From NCBI GenBank assembly GCA_017626035.1, contig JAGAJR010000018.1, forward strand, positions 36,329-100,328: a stretch of 64,000 nucleotides of DNA. The letters run 5' to 3'. Below are positions 46,300 to 57,482 of this stretch, piece by piece (the first letter of the stretch is position 1; each line of letters begins with the position of its first letter). Under the pieces are notes generated by a model. It was given only the letters and a program-made list of their open reading frames with translations, ran no database searches and was not told where the DNA came from. The position numbers and the translations under genes are program-made. The stretch is from Alphaproteobacteria bacterium. Its GTDB lineage: Bacteria; Pseudomonadota; Alphaproteobacteria; RF32; CAG-239.

Positions 46300-48477
46300 G
46301 TGAGTAATATTGTCGGAGTAATGCTGCCTTTGCCGTTTAACGAACCCTTTGACTATAAAGTTGAGGGAGATGTTTCCTTAGGCTCGATTGTCAGAGTTCC
46401 TTGGGGACGGGAAGAGCAAATCGGCGTTGTTTGGAAGCTTGGAAAATCCGCGGATATTGCCGAAAACAAAATAAAGCCGATACTGGAAAAATATAATTAT
46501 CCTCCTTTGTCCAAAGAATTAATGAAATTTGTGTCGTGGGTCGCTTCCTATAATCTGGCTTTTACGGGGTTGGTGTTGAAAATGGTAATCAGCGTCAAAA
46601 CCGTTTTTGAAGATCCGAAGATGACGGCGTTGTATACTTTGTCGGGAAAAACGCTGGCGGAAGCAAAACTGAAAAATTCCGATGCCCGCTGGCGGGTAAT
46701 GGACTTGTTGAAACATTATCCTTATACCCGTCAGGAAATCGCCAAGGGGGCGGGAGTCGGGCAGTCTGTTATTAAGACCATGATTGACGCCGGTGTTTTG
46801 AAACCGATATTTATTGAGAATAAACGGGAATTTCTGGAGCCGGTCGGAACATATCACAAAGTGGATTTGACGGGAGAACAGCAGGCGGCGGCAGATGTTT
46901 TGGTATCTAAAATCGGCGGCGGCTTTTCGGTAACGCTTTTGGACGGGGTTACCGGTTCCGGAAAAACGGAAGTCTATTTTGAAGCGGTTGCCGAGGCTTT
47001 GAGCCAAAATAAACAAGTGTTGATTCTGGTGCCGGAAATTGCTTTGACCACCCAGTGGCTGACTCGATTTGAAAAACGTTTTGGCGTCAAGCCGGCCAAA
47101 TGGCATTCCGGTCTCGGTGTTAAAGAAAGAACAGACACTTGGAAGGCCGTTATTGAAGGCAGGGTTAAAGTTTTGGTCGGAGCCCGTTCGGCGTTGTTTC
47201 TGCCTTATTCTGATTTGGGATTGGTGGTTATTGACGAAAGCCACGACCATTCTTTTAAACAGGAAGACGTTGTGAATTATCAGGGACGGGATATGGCAAT
47301 CGTGCGGGCGAAGTTTGAAAACTTTCCTCTGATTCTTTCAACGGCAACGCCTGATTTGGAAACCGTCTGCAATGTGGAGGAAGGAAAATACGATGTGGTA
47401 AAGCTGGCCTCCCGTTTTGCCGCGGCGGAGTTGCCCGAAATAAAGATTATCGACCTGAAAAAGGACAAGCCGAAAAAGGAAAGCTGGGGCGTAACTTGGC
47501 TGAGCCCGTCTTTGGTTGAGGCTTTAAAACAAAACTTGGAAAAATGCGAACAGTCTATGCTGTTTCTTAACCGAAGGGGATATGCCCCGTTAACAATCTG
47601 CCGCGATTGCGGACACCGTATCCAATGTCCGAACTGCACGGCGTGGATGACGGAGCATCGCAAGTCAAAATCTTTAATCTGTCACCATTGCGGCCACACG
47701 ATACCGATTCCCAAAGTTTGTCCCGAATGTGGTTCCGAAGACGGGCTGACCGCTTGCGGTCCGGGAGTGGAACGGATTGCCGAAGAAGTGAAAAAACGTT
47801 TTCCCGATGCCCGGATTGAAATCATTTCCAGCGATATTACCGCTTCGCTGAATGAAGTTTCTGCCGTGATTCGTAAAATGGAACAAGGCGAGGTCGATAT
47901 TTTAATCGGAACGCAGATTTTGGCCAAAGGACATCACTTTCCGAGCTTAACGCTGGTCGGAATTGTCGATGCCGATTTAGGTTTGATGGGCAGCGACTTG
48001 CGGGCTTCGGAGCAGACGTTTCAGTTGTTGTCTCAGGTTTCGGGAAGAGCCGGCCGCGGCGAGAAAAAAGGCACGGTGTATCTGCAAACGCTTTATCCGG
48101 AAAACGCGGTTTTAAAAGCTCTTTTGGAAAATGACCGGGAGCAGTTTCTCAAACTTGAGAAGAAAACCAGAAAAATGTTAAAAATGCCGCCGTTCGGAAA
48201 ACTGGCTGCGGTCATTGTTTCCGGAACCAATCAGGAAGCTGCGGAAAAAACGGCGGTTTGGCTGGGACAAACCGCACCGAACAACGAATATGTCTCGACC
48301 TTGGGACCGGCACCGGCACCGATTTATATGTTGCGGGGAAAATACCGTTTCCGGTTGTTGTTGAAAACGGCAAAAAATATCAAAATTCAAGAAGTTGTAA
48401 AAGAATGGATGAAAAAAGTAAATGTTCCGTCTTCAGTACGGGTGGAGGTGGATGTTGATCCTTACAGTTTTATGTAA
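46300..48477 (+). CDS. priA: Primosomal protein N' (PriA helicase)
   Basis: A 725-aa protein with Walker A GVTGSGKTEVY, a DESH box and a Cys4 zinc-binding region (CRDCGHRIQCPNC...CHHCG...CPECG). Confidence 0.9.
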   Translation: MSNIVGVMLPLPFNEPFDYKVEGDVSLGSIVRVPWGREEQIGVVWKLGKSADIAENKIKPILEKYNYPPLSKELMKFVSWVASYNLAFTGLVLKMVISVKTVFEDPKMTALYTLSGKTLAEAKLKNSDARWRVMDLLKHYPYTRQEIAKGAGVGQSVIKTMIDAGVLKPIFIENKREFLEPVGTYHKVDLTGEQQAAADVLVSKIGGGFSVTLLDGVTGSGKTEVYFEAVAEALSQNKQVLILVPEIALTTQWLTRFEKRFGVKPAKWHSGLGVKERTDTWKAVIEGRVKVLVGARSALFLPYSDLGLVVIDESHDHSFKQEDVVNYQGRDMAIVRAKFENFPLILSTATPDLETVCNVEEGKYDVVKLASRFAAAELPEIKIIDLKKDKPKKESWGVTWLSPSLVEALKQNLEKCEQSMLFLNRRGYAPLTICRDCGHRIQCPNCTAWMTEHRKSKSLICHHCGHTIPIPKVCPECGSEDGLTACGPGVERIAEEVKKRFPDARIEIISSDITASLNEVSAVIRKMEQGEVDILIGTQILAKGHHFPSLTLVGIVDADLGLMGSDLRASEQTFQLLSQVSGRAGRGEKKGTVYLQTLYPENAVLKALLENDREQFLKLEKKTRKMLKMPPFGKLAAVIVSGTNQEAAEKTAVWLGQTAPNNEYVSTLGPAPAPIYMLRGKYRFRLLLKTAKNIKIQEVVKEWMKKVNVPSSVRVEVDVDPYSFM

Positions 48478-48558
48478 AAGTTAGTATGTATTAATAAATT
48501 AGAAACCAATTGTTCTTTAATATGTGAAGCAGTCAGTTAATAAAAACAGAGTTTAAAA

Positions 48559-49113
48559 TTGAAAAAAATTTCAAAATCAAAAATAGTTTCGACTTATGCT
48601 TTGGCTTTGTATGAAGGAGCCGAAGAGAAAAAGTCCGTGGAAAAGGTTTTTGCCGATGTGGAGAAGCTTTTGTCTGCGGTTAAGGAAGATGCCAGTATCG
48701 TTAAATATCTGGCTAATCCGATTTGGGACGTTGAAGCTAAAAAAGCGGCGATTAAAGAAGTTGCATCCAAAGTTCATTTGTGCAAAGAGACAATGAATTG
48801 TATGGACGTTATTGCCGATAATAAGCGTTTTGCGGAATTTCAGCAGATTCTTGAAGGATTTGTCCGTCTGTATTATTTGAAGAATAATATTGTTGAGGTG
48901 GAGGTTCAGACAGTTAAAAAACTGGCGGCATCTCAGGATAAAAAACTGAAAGAAAATCTGGAAAAAGTTTTGAATAAAAAAGTTATGGTTAAGTATGATT
49001 TGAAGCCTGATTTGTTGGGCGGCTTAATTATAAAATTCGGTTCTTCGATGATTGATAATTCAATCAAAGGAAAATTAAATCGTTTAGAATTAATAATGAA
49101 AGGTGGACGCTAA
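48559..49113 (+). CDS. atpH: ATP synthase F1 delta subunit (OSCP)
   Basis: A 184-aa protein with a TTG start. The N-terminus is OSCP-like. It is followed by atpA with a 1-nt overlap. Confidence 0.75.
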   Translation: MKKISKSKIVSTYALALYEGAEEKKSVEKVFADVEKLLSAVKEDASIVKYLANPIWDVEAKKAAIKEVASKVHLCKETMNCMDVIADNKRFAEFQQILEGFVRLYYLKNNIVEVEVQTVKKLAASQDKKLKENLEKVLNKKVMVKYDLKPDLLGGLIIKFGSSMIDNSIKGKLNRLELIMKGGR

Positions 49114-50663
49114 TGTCTATGGTTGCCAGCGAAATATCTTCCATTATCAAGGAAAAAATCGCCAATTCCGACGTCAATGTCGACGTCTCGGAAGTTGGAC
49201 GCGTTTTGTCCGTCGGTGATGGTATTGCCCGTGTCTATGGCTTGGATAAAGTTCAGGCCAACGAAATGGTCGAGTTTGAATCCGGGGTTAAGGGAATGGC
49301 TCTTAACTTGGAAGAGGATAACGTCGGCGTGGTTATTTTTGGTTCCGACCAGGAAATCAAAGAAGGCGATGTTGTTAAACGGACGGATAAAATCGTGAGC
49401 GTTCCGGTCGGAAAAGAATTGCTTGGCCGTGTTGTTGATGCCTTGGGCGAACCGATTGACGGAAAAGGTCCGATAAAGGCAAAAGAATACAGCAACTCCG
49501 AAGTTAAGGCTCCGGGCATTATTCCGAGAAAGAGCGTTCATGAACCGGTACAAACCGGCTTGAAGATTATTGACTCCCTGATTCCTATCGGCCGCGGTCA
49601 GCGTGAGCTGATTATCGGCGACCGTCAGACCGGAAAAACGGCAATCATTCTGGATACGATTATTAACCAGAAGAGCGTCAACGATCAGGCAAAGTCTGAA
49701 AAAGACAAAATGTATTGTATTTACGTCGCTGTCGGACAAAAGCGTTCTACCGTGGCACAAGTGGTTAAAACCTTAAAAGACCACGGAGCAATGGATTATA
49801 CCATTGTTGTTGCCGCAACCGCTTCCGATCCGGCTCCGATGCAGTTTATCGCTCCGTATTCCGGATGTGCCATGGGCGAGTTCTTCAGAGACAACGGAAT
49901 GCATGCGACAATCTTTTATGACGACCTGTCCAAACAGGCAACGGCTTACAGACAAATGTCCCTGTTGCTCCGTCGTCCGCCTGGACGTGAAGCTTATCCG
50001 GGTGACGTGTTCTATCTGCACTCTCGTCTGCTGGAACGTGCCGCTAAGATGAATGACGCCGAAGGTGCCGGTTCTTTGACCGCTTTGCCGGTAATTGAAA
50101 CACAGGCCGGAGACGTTTCCGCATATATTCCGACCAACGTTATTTCCATTACCGACGGTCAGATATTCTTGGAGACCAGCTTGTTCTATCAGGGCGTCCG
50201 TCCTGCGGTTAACGTTGGTATCTCCGTATCCCGTGTGGGTTCCGCCGCTCAGATTAAGGCGATGAAACAAGTCGCCGGAAAAATCAAGCTGGAACTGGCA
50301 CAATATCGCGAAATGGCAGCCTTTGCCCAGTTTGCTTCGGATATGGACGTTTCGACCAAGAACCTTCTGGCTCGCGGCGAACGCTTGACCGAGCTGTTGA
50401 AACAGCCTGTTTATCATCCGATGCCGGTTGAGGACGAAGTTGTCAGTATCTTCTCCGGTGTAAGAGGTTTCTTGGATAAGATTCCGGTAAACAGAGTAAA
50501 AGAGTTTGAAAGCAAATCTCTGGCGGAGATTAAGGCAAACCACCCTGAATATCTGAAACAAATTCGTAAGGAAAAAGTAATTTCTGATGAGTTGGATGCA
50601 AAACTGACTGAATTTTATGAAAGCTTTTTAAGCGAATTTATTGGTGAAGAAAAAGCAGCATAA
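49113..50663 (+). CDS. atpA: ATP synthase F1 alpha subunit
   Basis: A 516-aa protein with Walker A GDRQTGKT and many conserved alpha-subunit blocks. Confidence 0.95.
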   Translation: MSMVASEISSIIKEKIANSDVNVDVSEVGRVLSVGDGIARVYGLDKVQANEMVEFESGVKGMALNLEEDNVGVVIFGSDQEIKEGDVVKRTDKIVSVPVGKELLGRVVDALGEPIDGKGPIKAKEYSNSEVKAPGIIPRKSVHEPVQTGLKIIDSLIPIGRGQRELIIGDRQTGKTAIILDTIINQKSVNDQAKSEKDKMYCIYVAVGQKRSTVAQVVKTLKDHGAMDYTIVVAATASDPAPMQFIAPYSGCAMGEFFRDNGMHATIFYDDLSKQATAYRQMSLLLRRPPGREAYPGDVFYLHSRLLERAAKMNDAEGAGSLTALPVIETQAGDVSAYIPTNVISITDGQIFLETSLFYQGVRPAVNVGISVSRVGSAAQIKAMKQVAGKIKLELAQYREMAAFAQFASDMDVSTKNLLARGERLTELLKQPVYHPMPVEDEVVSIFSGVRGFLDKIPVNRVKEFESKSLAEIKANHPEYLKQIRKEKVISDELDAKLTEFYESFLSEFIGEEKAA

Positions 50664-50672
50664 GGAAAGACG

Positions 50673-51596
50673 ATGGCAGGCTTAAAAGAGTTAAGAACTC
50701 GTATTGAGACGATAAAATCGACGCAGAAAATCACTTCGGCAATGAAGATGGTTGCTGCGTCCCGCCTTCGCCGTTCCCAAGGCTTGATAAGCAAATGTTC
50801 TTTTTATCACAACAATCTGATTTCTTGTGCCAACCGGGTAATTTATGAACTCCGGGAAGAGGAAAACAATACGGGAACAGCCGTCAGTTATCCAAAGCTG
50901 ATGACCGGAACGGGCAAAGATAAAACTTATCTTTTGCTGGTGTTCACGTCAGATCGTGGATTGTGCGGAAGCTACAATGCCAACGTGGCCAAAGTTGCAA
51001 TGGCCCGTATTGAAGAACTCCTGGCTCAGGACAAAGAGGTTAAAGTGGTCTGTGTCGGCAAAAAAGGGCGGGACATTATCAAACGCAAATATGCCGGACT
51101 GATTGTCAACACCATAGAAGGCGTGGCTAAGAAAGGGGCGAAGTATTACGAAGGAACGGATATCGCTTATCCGGTTCTTGAGGCGTATGAAAAAGGCGAA
51201 ATTGATGTCTGTGAAGTGGTTGTCAGCCATTTCCGTTCCGCAATCAACCGCGAAGTAAAATGTAAGCAGCTTTTGCCGATGAAAATGGAAAACTTTGACA
51301 ATAACAATCGTTTGAGTTTTCGAACAAATGTTGTCAGAGGGGCTTTTTATGAATATGAGCCGGGCAAGCTGGAACTTTTGTCGGGAATGCTGCCGCTGAT
51401 TTTCAGAGAGAGCGTTTTTCAGGCGATTGTCCATTCTCAGGCTTCGGAACACGGTGCCCGCATGACCTCAATGGACAATGCGACCCGCAACGCCAAAGAA
51501 ATGATATCCAAATTGACCTTAAAATATAACGGAATTCGGCAGTCCGCCATTACTACGGAGCTGATTGAAATTATTTCAGGTGCGGAAGCACTCTAA
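50673..51596 (+). CDS. atpG: ATP synthase F1 gamma subunit
   Basis: A 307-aa protein. The N-terminus is MAGLKELRTRIETIKSTQKITSAMKMVAASRLRR. Confidence 0.9.
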   Translation: MAGLKELRTRIETIKSTQKITSAMKMVAASRLRRSQGLISKCSFYHNNLISCANRVIYELREEENNTGTAVSYPKLMTGTGKDKTYLLLVFTSDRGLCGSYNANVAKVAMARIEELLAQDKEVKVVCVGKKGRDIIKRKYAGLIVNTIEGVAKKGAKYYEGTDIAYPVLEAYEKGEIDVCEVVVSHFRSAINREVKCKQLLPMKMENFDNNNRLSFRTNVVRGAFYEYEPGKLELLSGMLPLIFRESVFQAIVHSQASEHGARMTSMDNATRNAKEMISKLTLKYNGIRQSAITTELIEIISGAEAL

Positions 51597-51601
51597 GATA
51601 A

Positions 51602-53248
<1,647 letters not shown>

Positions 53249-53272
53249 GCCATTCAGAATAAAGGACAGACA

Positions 53273-53650
53273 ATGGAAAGAGGCATCATATTCAGAATAT
53301 CCCGTCCGTATAAAATCTATCGGACAATGCTGGCCCAAAAGATTGTTGTCCCGGGCGTTAACGGCGATTTGACCGTTTTACGCGACCGGGCACCAACCCT
53401 GATTTTGCTCCGTAACGGCATACTTCAGGTTTTGGATGCCGCCAATAATCCGATAGAACGTTATTATGTTAAAGGCGGAATAGCGGATATTGCCAGAAAC
53501 CGTTGTGCCGTCTCCACGGAAAAAGTTGTTGCCTGTGAAAATATGACATTGGAAAAGGCAACGGAAAAACGGGATGCCGCCATTCATCAGGAAGATAAAG
53601 ATTTCTACCAGATGATTATTAATGACATTACCGTTTTCGGGAATAAATAA
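53273..53650 (+). CDS. atpC: ATP synthase F1 epsilon subunit
   Basis: A 125-aa protein. IVVPGVNGDLTVLRDRAPTL aligns to the epsilon core (..VTGSEGELGIYPGHAPLL..). It is the last gene of the atp operon. Confidence 0.7.
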   Translation: MERGIIFRISRPYKIYRTMLAQKIVVPGVNGDLTVLRDRAPTLILLRNGILQVLDAANNPIERYYVKGGIADIARNRCAVSTEKVVACENMTLEKATEKRDAAIHQEDKDFYQMIINDITVFGNK

Positions 53651-53681
53651 AGTAAAGCCCCTCAGTTGAGGGGCTTAAATT

Positions 53682-53963
53682 TTACTTTTTAGGCTTAGAA
53701 AGAAATCCCGCGTAAACATGGAGTTGATAATAATTGGCCAGCTTTTGTATAAGTTTCCAGTTGACGGCTTCCCGTCCGATTTCCACATTGTCTAAATCTC
53801 TCTGCTTAATATGCAAATCCATACAAACAATGGAAGAGTTGATTTTCCGCTTTTGGCGGATACGAAATAAGTGCATACCCAAAGAACGTTGAATGGCTTT
53901 ACGGATAGATTTGTTTTCCGATTGATAGAAAAAATTAGTTTTAATTTTATGTTCAGTCATCAT
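53682..53963 (-). CDS. XRE-family helix-turn-helix protein (copy 2, 93 aa)
   Basis: It is about 90 percent identical to copy 1 and has the same AAGGAG RBS. One extra Met codon is present at the start. Confidence 0.55.
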   Translation of the reverse strand: MMTEHKIKTNFFYQSENKSIRKAIQRSLGMHLFRIRQKRKINSSIVCMDLHIKQRDLDNVEIGREAVNWKLIQKLANYYQLHVYAGFLSKPKK

Positions 53964-53986
53964 CTTTTCAAACTCCTTATTTGTTT

Positions 53987-54193
53987 TAGTTAAACAAAAC
54001 TCACCTTATTGAAAAATAAGGTGAGGGAGTTCGAAACTGCTTACGACAGTCTGCATTCTTCGACATATAAATATGCTTATACCTGCAGCTCCCCCATAAA
54101 GAGGAGTTGATATTCGTAAGAGGAGTTTCGACGCTCCGCAGTCCACCTCTGAACTGCAAGAAGGATGATAAAGCAAATAGATTAATTATTCAA
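53987..54193 (-). promoter_or_regulatory. Conserved promoter + leader RNA with covarying terminator hairpin, copy 2
   Basis: Minus-strand elements are TTGAAT (54188-54193), a 17-nt spacer and TATCAT (54165-54170). The terminator CTCACCTTAT-loop-ATAAGGTGAG (53999-54025) is followed by UUUUGUUUAACU. Confidence 0.4.
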
Positions 54194-54332
54194 GCCACAA
54201 ACTTTCGGTCTGCACATAGATACTAACAGGGAGTTAAGGCACTTACTCAACACCGACAACCGAGGCGATCAAACTGGCTCAGTTTGGCCCGTGGTCGCCG
54301 ACCACAAAGCCCCTCAATTGAGGGGCTTTTAA

Positions 54333-56600
54333 TTAAGCACAGTTTTTAGTTTTTTCCGGCATAAGTTCTTCCAGAACCTGTTTTTTCAGAGTTACGTTAT
54401 CGGCTTTACCGGTTGCAAAAACCGGAAGCTGGTCTTTATAGAGGATAACTCTTGGCAGATAGAGTTCGGACATTCCGTTGTTTTTGATGTAATTGTGCAA
54501 AACATCCTGTTCAACCTGACGATTATTGGTAACTAAAACAATCTGTTCGCCTTTACTTTCATGCGGAATGGCAACCACGCCATACTGGAATTCGGCTCCC
54601 ATCCATTCATAGGCATTGCAGACCATTTCCTGAACAGCGTTAAGAGATACCATTTCCCCGCCGATTTTAGCAAAACGTTTAATCCGGTCTTTAATGTAAA
54701 CAAATCCGATTTCATCAATTTCCACAACGTCTCCGGTATGATACCAACCGTCTTCCAGCGGGACTAAAACTCCCGGGTTGTCAGGCAGAATATATCCCAG
54801 CATAATGTTTGGCCCTTTAATGACGAGTTCGCCGCCTTTTTCAATACCGTCAACCGGTTCAATCCTATATTTAATGGCCGGCATCAGTTTTCCGATAGAG
54901 CCGAAACGGTTGAAAATACGATTGTTAGCGGTAATCACCGGAGAACATTCTGTTGATCCGTAACCTTCCATAACGCGGATACCTAAGCGTTCCATCCACA
55001 TATTGCGGGTGTCGGGTTTAACGGCCTCGGCACCGCCGAACATAAAGCGGACATTGTGGAAGTCAAACGGATGGGCAATTTTGGCATAACCGCGGAAGAA
55101 CGTGTCTGTTCCAAACATAATGGTTGCCCCGATTTCATACACAATCTCAGCCACAACACGATAATGGAGCGGAGAAGGGTAGAGGAAGAGTTTGGCTCCT
55201 TCCAACAGCGGAAACAGCGTTCCTGCGGTCAGCCCGAAACTATGGAACATCGGCAGGGCATTAAACAGCGTGTCTGTAATATTGATGGTTTCAATAGCTG
55301 AAATCTGCTTAATGTTGGAAATAATGTTGGCATGGCTGAGAACCACGGCTTTCGGAGCTCCTTCCGAACCGGAAGTAAACAGGATGACGGCTTTTTTGTT
55401 GCCGCCGTCTTTGTGCGGAACCCGTTTGATTTTATAACGCAGGAAAGCGTTGATTTTATCCCATAAGCCGATTTCTTTGCGGAGAGATTCCAAAAAGACG
55501 ATTTCCACGCCGTTGGCTTTAAGAACATCCACCACTTGTTCCATTTTGGCATTCTTGATAAAGGCCAGAGAAGTAATGACTTTCTTTACTTCGGCGGTGC
55601 GACACATGGAAGCCATGTTTTTTGCTCCGACGGAGAAGTTGAGCATAACCGGAACGCGTTCATAAGCCGATAACCCGAAGAAAGTGCAGACGGCGGCAAT
55701 TGTGTTCGGCAATAAAATGGCAACATGCTCTCCCGGCAGGGTTTTTCTCTTGAAATATTTTCCGAGAACAAAAGACTTAATGATAATGTCTTTGTAAGAA
55801 TTCGGCTGCCGCTGAATATCTTCCACAAAATGCGGGCGTTTCAACAATCCTTTTTTGGAATGAACTTTGGCTGTTTTCATTAATTGGGCAAACAGGGAGA
55901 TGTTCGGATTGTAATTAACTTCAAAACACATCTCGCGGAGAATTTGATAAACTTCGTTGCTGATGTGGTCTCTCTGGCGGCGGAGTTCGTCTTTTAATTT
56001 GAAAGCACGAGGTTTTCCGACGGTAATTTTTACCTTTGGCAGCGGACGGTGCGGAAGTTTTCCCTTGGTTTTGGAAAAATAACCGTATTGAGGGCCGTTA
56101 ATCCAAACCGGAATAAGCGGAGCATGGGATTTATCGGCCAACAAGCCCGGGGCTTCGTAAATTTTCATCAGGCCACCGTTTTCGGTCATGCGTCCTTCGG
56201 CAAAAATAACGCACAAACGTCCTTCTGAAACTTTGGAAATAAGGCTTTTCAAATCCCCCGGTTCAATCGGGTTAAACAGGATGACATCCGCAGTTTTCAT
56301 CAAAACGCGTATCCATCTCTTGCGATAAAGATGCCCGTTTAAGGCAAAAATCGGATTTCCGGGAAGAAAAGCAAACAATAAAACAGGGTCAAGATACGAA
56401 ACGTGGTTGGATACATAAACCCCTTTTTTGGGAAGATTTTTATCTTTAAATTCAATAGAACATCTTACTTTAAATAATCTGAAAATCAACCTCAAACAAA
56501 ATCGGACGAAGTCTCTCAAAATTAGTCTCCGGTAGTTACAAAATATAGGAAATTCTAAACAAATTATTAATATTTTGTAAAGAAATAAAATCCCGGGCAT
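54333..56600 (-). CDS. Bifunctional acyltransferase / acyl-ACP (acyl-CoA) synthetase, Aas-like
   Basis: A 755-aa protein. It has an N-terminal PlsC-type HX4D motif (VSNHVSYLD) followed by an AMP-binding domain (ILFTSGSEGAPKAV ... GWYHTGD). The start is uncertain. Confidence 0.75.
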   Translation of the reverse strand: MPGILFLYKILIICLEFPIFCNYRRLILRDFVRFCLRLIFRLFKVRCSIEFKDKNLPKKGVYVSNHVSYLDPVLLFAFLPGNPIFALNGHLYRKRWIRVLMKTADVILFNPIEPGDLKSLISKVSEGRLCVIFAEGRMTENGGLMKIYEAPGLLADKSHAPLIPVWINGPQYGYFSKTKGKLPHRPLPKVKITVGKPRAFKLKDELRRQRDHISNEVYQILREMCFEVNYNPNISLFAQLMKTAKVHSKKGLLKRPHFVEDIQRQPNSYKDIIIKSFVLGKYFKRKTLPGEHVAILLPNTIAAVCTFFGLSAYERVPVMLNFSVGAKNMASMCRTAEVKKVITSLAFIKNAKMEQVVDVLKANGVEIVFLESLRKEIGLWDKINAFLRYKIKRVPHKDGGNKKAVILFTSGSEGAPKAVVLSHANIISNIKQISAIETINITDTLFNALPMFHSFGLTAGTLFPLLEGAKLFLYPSPLHYRVVAEIVYEIGATIMFGTDTFFRGYAKIAHPFDFHNVRFMFGGAEAVKPDTRNMWMERLGIRVMEGYGSTECSPVITANNRIFNRFGSIGKLMPAIKYRIEPVDGIEKGGELVIKGPNIMLGYILPDNPGVLVPLEDGWYHTGDVVEIDEIGFVYIKDRIKRFAKIGGEMVSLNAVQEMVCNAYEWMGAEFQYGVVAIPHESKGEQIVLVTNNRQVEQDVLHNYIKNNGMSELYLPRVILYKDQLPVFATGKADNVTLKKQVLEELMPEKTKNCA

Positions 56601-56746
56601 GGGCGTATAAGCCGTAGAACAGGATAATAAATTGAATTATAGGAAAAATTTTCACTTTTCAAAAGGGGATAAAATCGGGTATTGTTATTTGAAAAGGAAT
56701 ATAACATAATACTTTCGGCGATAATATTTTGAAATATGAGGGTTTT

Positions 56747-57400
56747 ATGGAGAAAAAAGATTCAAAAACGGCTCTGCTTTACAGTGCATTCAAGGAATTT
56801 GCACAAAACGGCTTCTGGGGAGCAACAACCAGGGATATTGCCGGACGAGCCAATATTAACATTTCTTCCATTCTATATTATTTTGGCGGCAAAAAGGGAA
56901 TTTATACCGCCGCTTTGAAAAATATTGTCGAAACGGTTAATGCCAAAACCCAAAATCTGACTTTAAGATACGAAGAGGTAATAAAACATCCCGAAGATTA
57001 TCAGGGAGCCAGAGACTTATTGAAAGATTCCTTCAATCTTTTTTGTGAGTTGATTTGCGGGGAGGCACTTTCCAAAGATATGAAAACGGTGTTCTTGAGT
57101 GAATATTCCCGCCCGACGGAAGACTTTAATATTTTATACGACGGATTAATTCAGCCGTTTCATAAAAGAATGTCGAACTTAATGGTTCAGGCCGGCCGCG
57201 GAAAAATTACCCTGCAGGATGCTTATCTGTATACGTTTCCGATTTTCGCCCAGCTTTTTGTATTTAGTTCCCGCAAAGAGACGATCTGCAAATTTATGAA
57301 TTGGACGGAATATACACAGGAAGAAATTAAGCGTTTGCAGAGCTATATGCAAGGGCAGATAGAGGCTTTGCTAGACAGGAAGCCACCTGAAAATCTCTAA
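56747..57400 (+). CDS. TetR/AcrR-family transcriptional regulator
   Basis: The start was chosen at the ATG at 56747. The N-terminal HTH is ALLYSAFKEFAQNGFWGATTRDIAGRANINISSILYYFGGKKG. Confidence 0.7.
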   Translation: MEKKDSKTALLYSAFKEFAQNGFWGATTRDIAGRANINISSILYYFGGKKGIYTAALKNIVETVNAKTQNLTLRYEEVIKHPEDYQGARDLLKDSFNLFCELICGEALSKDMKTVFLSEYSRPTEDFNILYDGLIQPFHKRMSNLMVQAGRGKITLQDAYLYTFPIFAQLFVFSSRKETICKFMNWTEYTQEEIKRLQSYMQGQIEALLDRKPPENL

Positions 57401-57482
57401 TTCAATCAATTGATTGACATTCCTAAATTTTTGTATTATAAGCCTTTTTGTTCTTTGTATAAACAACAGAAAGACTATTTTA

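Larger units (their letters stand above)
53651..54330. repeat. Copy 2 of the duplicated module, flanked on both sides by the same palindromic hairpin AAGCCCCTCARTTGAGGGGCTT
   Basis: The hairpin occurs at 53653-53674 and again at 54307-54328. The internal blocks are shared with 34605-35300. Confidence 0.8.
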
